This document shows positions 47,601 through 61,575 of a DNA stretch of 64,000 nt, piece by piece. Under the pieces are notes generated by a model. The model saw nothing but the letters and a program-made list of their open reading frames with translations. It ran no database searches and was not told where the DNA came from. The translations under genes and the position numbers were made by a program. The stretch comes from Utricularia gibba (taxonomy: Eukaryota; Plantae; Magnoliophyta). The stretch spans positions 248,001 to 312,000 of the forward strand of contig NEEC01000027.1 in assembly GCA_002189035.1 (NCBI GenBank), given 5' to 3'. Every line of letters begins with the position of its first letter. Position 1 is the first letter of the stretch.

Positions 47601-50600
47601 CGCATTATATGTTAATAGCACAAAAAATACTACTGCTTACCAAATTTTTCTTCGACTCTTCAGTGATCGAGAGAGGCTTAAGCCTAGCAAACAATTCCTT
47701 GACAAATATATTGTCGTCTTTCAGCAAAGAAACAACCTTCGACAAACATTGTATTAGAACACAAAGCATTCAAAAAGTAGCACAGAGAAACTGGCGTGAA
47801 TCTTACAACAACATTATTTGAGTGTATAATGGAATTGATATTCGTGATTGTGCCTTCATCTAATGCATTTGGCAAAATAACATCCTGGAAATGTACGGGA
47901 AAAGCATCAATACTCCAAAGATATCATTCGAACACCTGGAAAAGCAGCCAGAAATAAGAAGCGCACCTTCAGATAACCAAGCCTGTAATTTTGGTGGATC
48001 TTTGAGAGCGCAAGAGAATTCTTTATAGGTATTGCCTGAGCTTATAAAAAGAACATAATAAGAAAAAAGCTAATCAATCTGAATATCTTATATACAGTCC
48101 TACAAGACAGCATGCATCTATAACAGAATACAAGCAGAACAAGTATGGAAAGAGAGTATAACCTCCTTGAAAACCACATGCTCTTTCAAAAAGCTACGAT
48201 GATGGATTTGAGATGACTCCGGATCATCTGCAAAAAATTCGACAATCAAACATAAAAAAGGTGATTGGAATTCTAATTAACAAAAAAAAACCATTACTGA
48301 CACAAAACTGAACTGCAAGGAACTGTACGAAGGCAGCAAGGTTCAAGAAAGGGAAAGCAAATATCAACCATGAACTACAACCATGAGCAATGAAATGGCA
48401 AGTGAAAAAATGAGAGATAGGAGAGGAGGGGAGAAGGGAAAGAATCATACACTCTAGGCATCCAATTATATCAATCATAAAATCATCCCCAAATATTTTC
48501 TCAAAGACATGAGAGCTGTTTAATAGGACTGCAAATCCGAGTAGAAAACAGTTAAGACATTAAAAAAAAAAGGAAGAAATAACACCGAAAAATACTAGAG
48601 ATGCTACTAACTGATTCCTCTGACTATTTTAAAAATCAAGTGCAGCCCATCTATATCCTCCAGATCTTCACACGTTACAAAAAGTTCCATCAACTTCTTG
48701 AAGAAATCCTGCTGCATCAGAAGTGCAAAGCCTAAGCAATAACACAAATTTCATTCTTTGAAAACTAGAGGGTATTAAAAAAACCCAAGAAGTATAAAAA
48801 AAATAAAAACCTAACGCAATATACAAGGGGGTTTAAATATTTTTAAATTCATAACAGCCTTTCAAAATAAACACAATTTCAGGTCAACACATCATGGCCC
48901 GGCCTGCACAGACTTACCTTCACAATTCACTGTCATTGGAAGATAGTCATGTACAATACCTGTATATGAGGAATAAAAACTCACATTACAAAGATTTGGA
49001 GTATAAAGGAATTCTTACATCCTTCAATATAAGTTCAGCTACTCGTGATGAATCAACACTGCCATTTTCAACAACCTGCATAAGAAAAAAAAAAGAGGCA
49101 ATCGTTCTGTGTGCATGGCAAATAGTGTAGCAAGAGAATCACTAAAGTATGAAACAAAAACCAGTGCTTTGATGAAGCTTACAGCATAACAATAGTAGGA
49201 GAATCACAAACTATAGAGTGAAAACTAGCTCCGATAAATAGACGTTACAATTAACGCTCAAAACAAGATTCCAAAGAAAGTGAACAGAATTGATCAGTTT
49301 TTACCCTCAGAATAAGGGGGAGAGTTGAAAGTTCAACAGGAGGCAACTCAATCAGCTCATTGCTGACATTGTTAAATGTATCATCTAGAGAATTTAAATA
49401 ATGGAAACGTCAGTAACTACACTGTGAGTGGAGCTAGCAAGAAAAATTTCTACACAGGAGGCAGGCAATTGCACCTACAGAGCAAAGAATCTCCATAGAA
49501 GATTTAAAGCTTATTCACCAGAAATAGCTGCAATCTTCAATTTAATGAAAAGAAAACAGACCCCCCCTAGACAAACAATGCATGCACATGATGAACACCG
49601 AGATGAATCAGGAGAAATGCAAAGTACTTGGCGGCGTGCAGGGTGTCTGTTTTATAAACCACCATAATGATGGCAGTACATTTTAGGGGAAAGCTCGCAG
49701 TCTTGTCAGCTTTTTACATTTAAAAAATGCTCACAAACAAAATTACAATTTTCCACTAAAAGATCAGCCAAGAAAGGAAAGAAATTCTTCATTGAGACCT
49801 TTGGCCCTAATTCATAGTCATCAGCATCCAGGAAAAGAGGAAGTTTCAAAATCAAAATTGAAACCTGACACTATGAAAGATTGAACAAATCCAGGGAAAG
49901 CGAGAACCCCAGCAACTTCATAGTGGAGAAAAGGAATCAGAAAGAGCATGATTTCTAAATGCTGAATCAGCGACAAATCTGTGGGACTTACTGGCAAGAG
50001 AGTTAAAATGCATGTTTCTCTGCATATTACAAATATGGTCCCTGTACATACACACAAAAAAAGAAACAGATTTGAGCAAAAATAGATGAACTCTAAGAAC
50101 AAAAAAGGAGAGTGGAATCGAAGGCACTTGCCATATATATGAGCAACCAGTTGTCTCTTGGAAACTAAGGGCAAATTCTGTTGCATATTCTGGATCATTC
50201 CATGAAATGATCGTGTCTGATGACACCAAGGGAATGAAGAAGTATATTATACAACTGCAAAAAAAGAGATTCATATGCATTAATCTATGATAATATACCT
50301 TCTTGCTTGTGATATATATCATCTGAACTGATGCGGTGCAAAAGTAGTGTTTCCTTATCCTCTTCATCAATAACGAACAAAGCAAGGTCTTCTGATCTCT
50401 GCTTCATGTCAGTAGATAATTTAAATCATGAGCAAATAAAAATTATAGGTGCAGATAAATTTTTCTTGCAGTTTCACATTCTTTCCTGCTATTGGCATTT
50501 GCAAAGGGGGAAAAAAACGTCTCGCTTTAGATTATTGGTTGCGGTTTCTGGAGTTACATTTGAGAAATGTAAATGTATTACAGGATGGAAATATTGGTGT

Positions 50601-51159
50601 AAAGGGGCTCTGTAGCCTATAGCATATTGCTGTCGACACTTTTTATTATTTTATATAGTCGATGACATCTTGCTGATAAAAAAAAAAAGTGCAATTGAAT
50701 CAATTTGTGAATAGTTTCTTGAAAGTAAAGACGGGATTTTAACCTCCAAATAATCAACTGTGACATGGCCAGTTCCTTGATCATCCCATTTCCCATCCTC
50801 ATTCAGGCGGTATACATTCACGCGCTGAAGGCATGATTCAAACATATCAACAATAAAAAAAAAGAGGAATCATAATCCACTTGTTTCATAATTCATTGTG
50901 TGGAGAGACATCCATTCCATCGCAGTAAGAAAAAAAATAGAATTTCGAGACTTGAATACCCTTCAGCCTACATAATTAAACATACATTCCAAGGAATAGT
51001 TCACTTAACTAACAGTACCACTAACCAAAAGGAATTAAAATACGCATTCAAAGCCAATAAATCACGAAACTAATGAACTCAAACAGACTTATCTCTAATA
51101 TAAAATACACTCACCCGCATGGAATTGCTGGAATTTGGCAACTTATCCTGCAAACCCAT
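44634..51159 (-). CDS. PP4R3: Protein phosphatase 4 regulatory subunit 3 (PSY2L/SMEK), ~24 exons, with an apparent frameshift in the exon at ~47420-47486
   Basis: EVH1 domain [21 protein letters not shown]...[14 protein letters not shown]; SMK-1 region [14 protein letters not shown]; [18 protein letters not shown]; [15 protein letters not shown]; DEYKPPPRK. The exact 3' end is uncertain. Confidence 0.92.
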
Positions 51160-51637
51160 GGGCAATCACCCACTGAAACCGCCAAGCCTCGAAATTCTTT
51201 ACTCTCCCCGCAGATTACTTAACACCTAATCATCAATCCTCTGAAGCCAATGATTAGGGTTTCAAAGGACAACTATAGCGATTGAAATCGATTATGCGCT
51301 CATGGCTCCCCAAATCGCTGAAACCCGAAGCCCAACTATATCGTAGCAAGCTTATTCATCCCTCTGATGACCTTCTTGCTTCTAAGCTCTGCTCTATCGT
51401 CGATTTTTTCGCCACTTTTCTCTTTCCAGAATCTGATTAATAGGCAGCCTCTGCCTGAGCATTGAAAATACGGAATTGTCGCCAACGCCCTCAGGCGCTT
51501 CCCATCTATGTGGTAAGTCTTTGCCTTTTCCAGTCAAGTCGCATAATTTCCGCCACGTCAGCATTGGGTTTTTATACGCCAAACCACAGTTGGAAGCCAG
51601 TGTTACAGTCGGACCGTTCTCTTCTTGAGATTCGGCA

Positions 51638-54600
51638 ATGCTGGCCTCGGTATCATCGATATCCAGACTGCATTCCTCGTGCTTCTCTGTGATCTCGCCG
51701 GAGACGAATCTCCGGCTAGGCTGCGCTCGTAAGGATCCGGTAGGACGTCTCTCGGAGTCGTCGATTTGGAATCGGGAGTGTCCATGGGTCAGAATTGCTT
51801 CAAGAAGCTATGTATCTCGGCGGCGGTCATCTTCTATTGCTGTTCTGTCAATGGCTGGAAATGGAATTGGCAGCTCCGCTTCCACCTCTGCTAGGGCGGT
51901 TGATTATGATTATGACCTTATCATCATTGGAGCTGGCGTCGGAGGTCACGGAGCTGCTCTGCACGCCGTTGAGAAAGTAGGCACTTTTCCTTTGCTTTAT
52001 TCGATAGATTTGGCGAAATATTTTAATGAAATTGCAGTATGAAGACTTGAGGCAAACTTGATTATTTTCTACTGATGTATTTTTTACTATTTTCTGCCGA
52101 TATCGAGCGGAGTGTTGACTTGATTCTGTTTGAATTTTGAACTAAGTAAACGAGATATAGCAATTAATTGAAAAAGAATCCTCATGCATCACGTAATGTT
52201 CCAATACTTGATCACTGAAAAGCGGAAATCAACTGCCATCAGGGACTTAAAACAGCCATTATAGAGGGTGATGTTATGGGTGGAACCTGTGTGAACAGGG
52301 GATGTGTCCCATCTAAAGCCCTACTAGCAGTAAGTGGGAGAATGCGTGAACTTCAGAACGAGCATCACTTGAAAACTTTTGGTTTGCAGGTGCACAAGCC
52401 ACTCTAGTTTCATTTGATCATGACTTCTTATATTTCATTTCTTATTTTGATCTATTATCCATTTATAATTTTTATTCCTACAATGGTAGGTTGAAGCTGC
52501 TGGTTACGACCGACAAGAAGTAGCCAACCATGCGAGCAATCTTGCTTCAAAAATACGCTCAAATCTTACTAATTCCTTGAAAGCCCTCGGTGTAGATATT
52601 TTGACTGGATTTGGCACCATTTTGGTAATCTCTAGGATGGATTTTCTTTTCTTTTTGATATGCAAGTTATCTCTGATACATTTCACGAGAACCTTATGTG
52701 ATACGTGGTATTGGTTGAACTATTCAATTTCATATGTCTATGTGCATTCTATCGTAAGCACTATTACATTATTTCAGGGTCCTCAAAAGGTTAAGTACGG
52801 GAAGAGTTCTGAGGAGATTGTTGTTACTGCAAAAGATATAATTATTGCTACTGGCTCAGTGCCTTTTGTCCCCAGGGGGATTGAAATCGATGGTATGTAA
52901 GTAGTTTGTTCTACTTAAAAATTCTACCTAGCTTTATAAACCAGCATATTCAGTTGTCTCTTTGAACTTCAGTTGCCTCATAAGGCTTTAGAGAGTTACC
53001 TTCCTAGTATGCATGCTATGGATCGTAGTGTGAAGGTGGTTAATTTAGTTGCTTCTTCTTTACTCTTATCTGCAGGTAAAACTGTGATTGCAAGTGATCA
53101 TGCTCTTAAACTGGAGTCGGTTCCAGATTGGATAGCAATTGTTGGAAGTGGTTATATTGGACTTGAGTTCAGTGACGTCTACACTGCTCTTGGCAGCGAG
53201 GTCTGCTTCTGACTATTAGTTCCTTCTACCTTTTCAGACTTAGAGCTAAATAATATCAATTTTCCTTCGCAGTAGGAAAAGCGATATTATTTATTTGCCT
53301 CTGTGCACTGAATTTGTAGTCATTATGGTGGCTTTGATTTCATGTATGATCTTTCAGTTAGCACATGATTCACTAATCCCTGGGATATTATTATGTAGGT
53401 TACCTTCATTGAAGCTCTTGATCAACTAATGCCTGGATTTGATCCCGAGATAGGAAAGTTAGCACAGAGAGTCCTGATAAATCCACGGAAAATTGACTAT
53501 TATACTGGAGTGTTTGCCAGCAAGGTATCTAGTTAGTCTCTGTTGTGCCTTTAAAACCGTAACCTCTTTTGATGAATGTGTGCTTTTGCATCCTTTCAAA
53601 GGTTACCCCTGCAAAAGATGGGAAGCCTGTTACCATTGAGCTTATTGATGCCAAGACGAAAGAACCAAAGGATGTATTGGAGGTAACAGTATTCTTGTGG
53701 AGTTACATCCTCCCCTGTTTTTTCCAACGTGAGTAAAGTCTTACTAGTTCATGCTGTACATCTGTAGGTTGATGCTGCACTAATTGCAACAGGAAGGGCT
53801 CCATACACAGAAGGTCTTGGACTAGAGAATGTGAGTGTATTGAATAAATATTGGTTGGATTTTACGCTTGGCGTATATTGTTTGTTCCTGCAAGTCATCT
53901 TGTAGATTATATGGAAACAAAAGAAGCATTGTTGGTTATTCCTAGACACTGATATTAAATGAAAGAAAAAAAAAACCGTGTACTAATCTGTTGCTGTTCA
54001 TCTTTTTCTCCAAATAACTGGAAGTCTTTTTTTTTTTTAATTTTATTGCAGATTAATGTTGTCACACAGCGAGGTTTTGTACCCATTGATGAGCGAATGA
54101 GAGTGATAGATGCAGATGGAAACATGGTTCGAAGACAATTCTTAGTATTTCTTGTTTTATGATTAAATATAGTACCCCTAATTATGGAAATCCCAACATC
54201 AGGTTCCTCACTTGTATTGCATCGGTGATGCGAATGGAAAACTGATGCTTGCGCATGCAGCAAGTGCTCAAGGCATCTCTGGTACGTGTTGCATAATCTG
54301 CTAATTATTCACTACCTTGAGGGACTATCTAATTGCCTAGTGTTTCCATCTTACCTGCATTCTTCTCTACTTTTCTTCTTACAGTTGTAGAGCAGCTTAC
54401 TGGAAAAGACCATGTTCTTAATCATTTAAGCATTCCAGCTGCATGTTTCACTCACCCAGAGATCAGTATGGTTGGATTAACTGAGGTTTGCATATAAACA
54501 TTCCCGTAACTGAGAGCTAGATTTTCAAAATACATTGACTTCTTTTTATGATTTAATGAACTATTTCCTTCCTTTGTTCCGCTTTCCAGCCTCAGGCAAG

Positions 54601-55311
54601 AGAGAAGGCCGAAAAGGAGGGCTTTGAGATCAGCATTGCTAAAACAAGTTTCAAGGCCAACACCAAAGCCCTGGCAGAAAATGAAGCGGAAGGACTTGCC
54701 AAGGTTTCATTCACCAAAGTCCTAGCTGTTAATATTTCCTTGGGAAAGTGATTCCTCGATAGCGGCGTCTGAAATCATTCAATGAACTTCTTGATTCTCG
54801 CAGATGATATATCGACCTGACACTGGTGAGATCCTCGGAGTTCATATATTGGGGTTGCACGCTGCAGATCTCATACATGAAGCATCAAATGCTATAGCGT
54901 TAGGCACTCCCATTCAGGTATTCAGAATGTCATTCGCAGTTCTAGTTCACCCTTTTCCTCCATGACTTCAGGAAATGAGTATGTATAAGCGCCGCCGTTA
55001 ATCCACAGGATATCAAATTTTCTGTTCATGCACATCCTACCTTGTCCGAAGTTCTCGATGAGCTATACAAACTAGCCAAGGTACGTAAGTCCAAGGGTCG
55101 TAGCATCTAAACTCAAGCAAGTTATTACTATTCCTATTTTATTACTGTTACCATTCTCAATGAATGTAACCGCCTAGAGTATAAGTAGTTCAAAACGAAA
55201 TGCAATCAAACAAGGTCATCCGTTCACCCATCTGTTACGAGATTTGAGAGTTTGAGTGCCCTGCAGGTGAATGTGAAGGCCAAAAGCGCAGGCGCACCAG
55301 TAGCGGCTTAG
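51638..55311 (+). CDS. LPD1: Plastid dihydrolipoamide dehydrogenase (E3), ~15 exons
   Basis: Transit peptide; [16 protein letters not shown]; [16 protein letters not shown] (redox-active disulfide); [12 protein letters not shown]; [21 protein letters not shown]; [12 protein letters not shown]. Confidence 0.97.
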
Positions 55312-55905
55312 GACCTGGAACTCCCAAACGAAAATTCGGAGGAGTGGGGGAACCAATCGCATAAAATATCCTATCAGTACGAGTAGCTGATGATGCATTG
55401 TCTACCGCGAGAAAGACCACGAAAGATGGATGCACTTCGTCGATCAGGTTCTGAACATCAGTCTCTTTTTGTTTTAATTTTTGGAGGCAGCCGTAGGAAA
55501 CATCGGGTCTTCACCATATCCGGATCATCGTAATCTCGTTGAGTACTTACTTCCCTTGTGAGAATTGAGCCTCTTTCTCAAACGTTTCTAGAATCCGCTA
55601 CCTTCAAATTACAATAATGTAGTGCCAAAAAAATTTTCAGAACAAGCTCTCTTTTTTATAGCAACATCATCATCTACAGCAGCTGGTTAAAGAGGAGACT
55701 CTAGGTGAGTACCACATATCATCTTGAGAATGATATCTTACACGATTTTACAAGAACCCCCTATGTACTGAATGCACATAAATAAAGATCATTGTTTAGG
55801 TACACCCCACCCCCACGGGGCCTAATATGTTAACGGTACCCAACACACATCTAAAGAGTGGTCAACTTCTGCTTAGTTTTTGGGCTCTCAAGCAAATCCC
55901 CTCCT

Positions 55906-58900
55906 CTAAATAATGTCGTGGTCTGGAGGTTGTGGCTCCTGGCACTCCAGCTGCAACAGAGAGTCAACAGATGGACATAATTTTAGCAACAAGAAAGTTT
56001 CACGATTTAAGGACTGAAGAACATACCGTCGCTTTGGTGTGTTCCCTTTTGACCCTTCTGTATTCTTCTTGTGCTTCTTTTGAGTGGATCAACGCCTGAA
56101 CTCGAGCGACTGATCTCTCCACACGGTCCTCAGCTTCTCTCCGACTGGCTTTGAAGAAGTCCTCCTCAACATCACTTGTTGGATAGGAGTCTTTGATTGT
56201 TTCATCCAGCTGAACTTGCAGCCCACGAAAACCTTTTCGCTTCAGGCGCCAACGTAGTATTGCTTTCTCAAGAACACCAACGGACCACACAAGTTTGCGG
56301 TACTGCTTTCGCACTTGGTACCCACGGAAATGAGCCTAAAGAGAGAGAATGAACAGATAGATTGCATCTTAAAATTATGAGATTCAAGAGAGTGCAAACA
56401 GGTCAACTTACTTGGATTCTGATGGCCTGACGTCGCATGTTTAGGAAATCCCTACGCATTTTCCAAGTGCGAAATCTATGCTGGATTCGAGCAGCAGCTG
56501 CTATCCTTTTACGAGCTTCATAATTTTTGTAAGCATGCTGGATCTTCAATGCTGCAACTATGTTTCTGGCTTCCATCTCAGGATGATGCAATTCTGCTTG
56601 TTTTGTCCTTATCTTTAGTGAACGCACCCTGAATGCGGTTTGAATTCGAGATGCAGCCTCAGCAGCAGTTCTGTAAGCTGTAAGGCTCTCCTTCATGTTC
56701 ATTTCCTCCTCAGAAGTATTACCAAAATAGATGGTGCTTCTCGCCGTTGTTTGTACTGAGTCACTTGCATTTCCAGCTAGCGTCATGTCATTAAGTTGTG
56801 CAAGCAAGGCCTTCTCAGCGAGATAAGCTGCCAAACCATTGTAACCATTTCTGGAAGCAAGGTCTGAAGCAGTGCATCCACTGGGGTTCTCTGAGTTTGG
56901 ATCAGTAACTAGATATGGCTTTGCTCCGGCTGACAAAAGGGCAGCCACCATTTTTTCCCTGAAAAGTACAACTCATATCTTTATCTATCTAACCATTGAT
57001 GTGGCATAGGAAAAACAAGCATCTTTAGACGTAATTGCCCACTTACTTTCCATAGAATGCAGCCCAATGTAGCGCTGTCCATCCAAATTTGTCACGATAG
57101 TCCATTGACAAACCGGACAATGAGAATGGCTGAACTGCCCATGCATACCCAAGGATGGTGCATAAATGAATCACCCCAAGTCCTTTTTCATCGCGTTCAG
57201 AAATTTTATCTCCTGAAACCACCTTTTCCAACAGCCATTCTCGAAGTCTGCTCTGTAGAATCAACTCAAACAATTTGGTTTTCGCCTGAGCGAAAGACAT
57301 TCTGGCATCTTCAATCATTCTGCTCAAATGCAACCAACCTTCGGAGATGCTTGAAGTACTCCGGTAAAATGCTCTTGCTTCTTTTAAAGAGGTCTCAGAA
57401 GTTTTATTTGAGTAAGTACTTGGAGCTCTGGACGATGAAAACAATAAACGAGCTAGCCTCATCTGGAGGTGATATTCTGCCCAATCCACTTCATCCTCCA
57501 ATAACGCTGGTGCATGGGACAGTACAGGACCTCGGTATTCAAAATTTAAGACCTGGCTAATAGGCTTGTTTCCGTCAACAGTCAAGTAGAGATTTTTCGA
57601 TCCAGGAGACTGTGGGGGAGAATACAACGGTAAACTCCTGCTTCAACAACTTCTACAGGAGCTATGCAGCTTCCACAGGCGAGATACAATTTCAGCCCTC
57701 GAACAAGTTGATGCCCTTCTTCAACAGCCACAACTACCAAGATCTGCGTTACTACCATTAAGTTCAACATATGAGTTCAGAACACCTGTACTTGATCCTA
57801 TGCAAAAATCTAGATGACACATATGTTAATGCTGCGCCTCAGCAGCTAGTATCTTTCTTAAAAGCATCATGTAACCATTTAAGTACTCATAGAGAAAGAA
57901 TGGGACAATTGACCCAAAGAGATTCATGGAACAGAACCTTTGTCTCTTCATTTGCGGAAGCCCATGCTGGTGAGACGTCCAGTATCTTAAATATTTGTCC
58001 AAGCACAGAAACATCATGGTTTTGCCCAGGAGGATAATTAAAAGACTCATTTGAGGACTCTGGAGATCGATCATCCATTGACTGTGGAGAGTCAACGATG
58101 AGATTTGAAATCCACCGCCCAAAACTATCCTGTGTTGACAAACCTTCAACTCTACATGACGGCAGATGTCCAGAGGTGATGGAGCCTCTCTTCACATGAA
58201 ACCCTTCAGCAATCTCCTAAAGGAAACATAGAGCAATGAACTTGAGCTTTCTCTACATTTTTCATTTGAAAATAGAAGCAAAAGTCATATGCAGGGCAGG
58301 AATTGCTTCTATTAATGTTTGGCATTTGTTTCCATCCAATGTTGTACAAAACGCATCCTTAGTTCCATGAATAATTTAAGTTACATTTGGTTTGCTTCTA
58401 AAGAGAATCAGTCCAACAAAGCAAAAAAAAAACAAAAATGAGACATCAATGTTAATTAAAGATATTCACATCAACTTACACATATTCCCTGATTGGCTGT
58501 CTGGTAAGCATTTGGCAACTCAGTGCCTGCAGTTTTTCCTGTGTTTAAGGAAACTCATGCATCAGTAGAAATAAATCAGAAATCCTTCATCATCATACAC
58601 TCATATCAGCACCTTCTTGTGGTGGGGTAAGCCTTTGAGGAACATCTGTACCTAAAAGCTCATCCCATTCAAGAGTATTAATCTCACGGAGCCTCTGCTC
58701 ATGATCTTCCAAAATCATACGCTCACTATGCTCTGGAATAAGGCAAGAAACCATGAAAATTATATACGGTGGATCACCTTCACATTCACTACACGTGAAG
58801 AGAAAGAATTAGGCTTCCGTGTGCAATCATTGCTTCTTCTTTTTAAAGAAGATGGCTACTGTTGATTATCTTAGCATGAAAAAATATACGATAATGCTTT

Positions 58901-60359
58901 AGTTCAAGAACCATCCAAGCCGTTAAAACAGCCTCATATTGTGAAAAAAAAAATGCATAGATTTTGTTGGTATTTTCGTATCATTCAAAAAGCAAAAGTT
59001 CCTATAACCCTCATACAGATCACCGAAGGCTGAAATGATAGCTCCATAACCTTGAACCTCAGCAGAATCAGGCTCTTCTGAGAAATTCCAGGATCCAGGG
59101 TCAGAGACTCCAGAGTTCGTGTAAGAGTTGACAGGCGTGGCTGGAGAACCATGTGACTGCATCTAAATGTAACGAGAATTAAATCACAGAAAACACACCC
59201 GATCAACAGGTTGAAGACAAAATAAATGGCAGCCAAGAGACTGATTGAGACACGTTAGATTCAGATCCATGCTATCAAGTACAAACATAATAAACTTTAA
59301 AAATCAACGGGAAAATGTGATTGATGTAAAACAAACCTCCTGTGTTTCGCGATAATGTACAAGAACTATATGATCCAGAGACCTGCAATAGACGCTCAAT
59401 GATTTCAGTGACTTGATGTCAAAATACATGTCCAATACGGCTCAGATTAACAAATAGTACTTTTCAAGTAGCCAGTAACATCTTCGAACAAAAGTAGGGT
59501 TGTTTTCACCATGCGCATAGTACACATGAATTCTTTCTTCATTACCAACCTGTTGCTCAGACAAAATAAGCCAGCTCTTAGGGTACAAAACAGAATCTTC
59601 GAAATTCAGAAAACAGAACATGGAAGTGATAAAGCAATCCATTCATTAGGGAAAATAGTTAATAGGTGTAAGCTTTCACATCTAGCGAACCATTTCAAAG
59701 GGCATTCAAAACTTCACAGTAGCATCTGAAAACCTAGAATGGATCAAAAGTGTTTTTTTACCTTTAAGTGTTCATGAGCTTCCTTAATAGTCTTTCCATC
59801 TTTTTTCTTCTTCCAGCTATAACCATCCTTGCGAAAGTTACGAAACATCTTACGGTCAAACAATAAGATTGTGCCACCTGAATATAGTCATGATAGTCAG
59901 CCGCCGTTTTTCAGCACCCTCAACACAAAAATTTACGGATTTATAATTTAGACGAATTTTTTTTCTTTGGTGCGCCAAAAATGATAAGGAATTACACGTT
60001 GAGCAGAATGATTCTTTACTTTTTGGCAAGGTAACAGGTTTGACATTGATTGTAAAAAATTTGTGGTTACACAATATGGCATGGATCTCGTTTGGGCGAA
60101 GCCACCTTGTTCTTGCTTCCTCCAATATACTACGAACATCCAAGTCTGTAAATCAGGGGCATCCAGAAAATTTCATTCGAGTATCACAGACAGAAATCAA
60201 CATTAATATCCAGCTCCATGTTCACTCTCACTAACAAGCACAAGTCACACCACATCCTCCAACATATGCACAAATTCAACTGAAAACAACACCTGCCATA
60301 CTCCGGAAGCCATGAATCTCCGATCCAACAAGTTGAATGAGTCCACTGTTATGCTCCAT
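55906..60359 (-). CDS. CAMTA5: Calmodulin-binding transcription activator, CAMTA5/6 clade, with an apparent 1-nt frameshift at ~57614-57618
   Basis: CG-1 domain (RWLRPNEIHAILCNH, FRKDGYSWKKKKDGKTIKEAHEHLKVG), TIG (DVSPAWA), ankyrin (GWTALHWAAFYG), IQ motifs and CaMBD (WSVGVLEKAILRWRLKRKGFRG). Confidence 0.95.
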
Positions 60360-61575
60360 CACTACTGCAATCAGAATCGCGATCCCGCGAATATCATTGA
60401 GAATTATGTTGCAGATAAAATTTCATTATTAGAAAACACACCTCTCTAATCACCGTGGAGCCCGCAAACGGCCGTCAAATGAGACTCCTAAAATCAGCTA
60501 CCTTCACCCTACAATCCCTAAACGCAGCCGCAAACTAGGATACAGCAATCAAATCGGAGTCTGCGAGTCACCGTGTTTCTTCCCCAGTAACATCCAGCAA
60601 CTACCGTGGTCAAATCGAGCTCAGCAAGTCTTTTCGTAGATTATTGGAAGCTGAACGATACAAGTTAGCTCTCGCGCATCTCTCCCTGAGATTTGTACGG
60701 ACCTTTTCGCAAAAATTATCTTTCATCAAAACTGTCAAAAGATAATTCCGTTTGTATAGATAACGACCTACAGAAACCAAATCCTCTTTTATCTTTATCC
60801 ACGACAGTCAAAGAGACTTCCTATCCACCGCCTATAACGAAAATTAAAAAAAAAAAAGGGAAAATAATGATTTTTTTTGTTATATTCATATTAATTATAA
60901 TATTTTCTAAACAATATTGATTTTGAAGTAAAAAAAATTTTAGAATCAAAGAGATAATAATATCTTTTAAAACATGAAATTCATAAAAAAAAAACGAATA
61001 TGTGTTTCACCTTATATAGTATAATAAATTATCAAGATATCTAATTTGTAATATTATATATTTTTTATTATATAGTTATATTGTTAAAATATTTTGTGGA
61101 AATTCAAAATTTTGAAAATATCAGCTCCCCTCCCGTCAGCACAGAGAGCGGCAAATGATCTGGAACCCTAAAATTTCCATGGCGGCAAACACCAAAATCT
61201 CAATGCTACAATACCAAAACTACCCCGACCTGGTAACGAAAATTCCGCAGTACATTTTAGAAGATTCAGCACTCTTTTCGTCTTTTCCGTTGTCCCGCGC
61301 GCGTTAGGGTTTTTATATAAAAACCCACCTGAGAAATTTGCTCCGCCCATCTTCAATCTTCATCTCTCTCTATCTCTCCATCTTACCCAGTTCTCCTTCA
61401 TTCCCAGCCTCCCGAAAGCTCCTTCCGTTTCACGATCGGGGTTCTGGCTTGTTTTATCTGGACCGCATATCGGAGTTTCTTGCATTTCTTTTGAGATTTG
61501 TGTATCTCGGTGTGACTCTTCTTGGTTTTGCTTGCGGCTGGTATAGAAATTGCACCAGGGATTCGCTTTGAAGAG

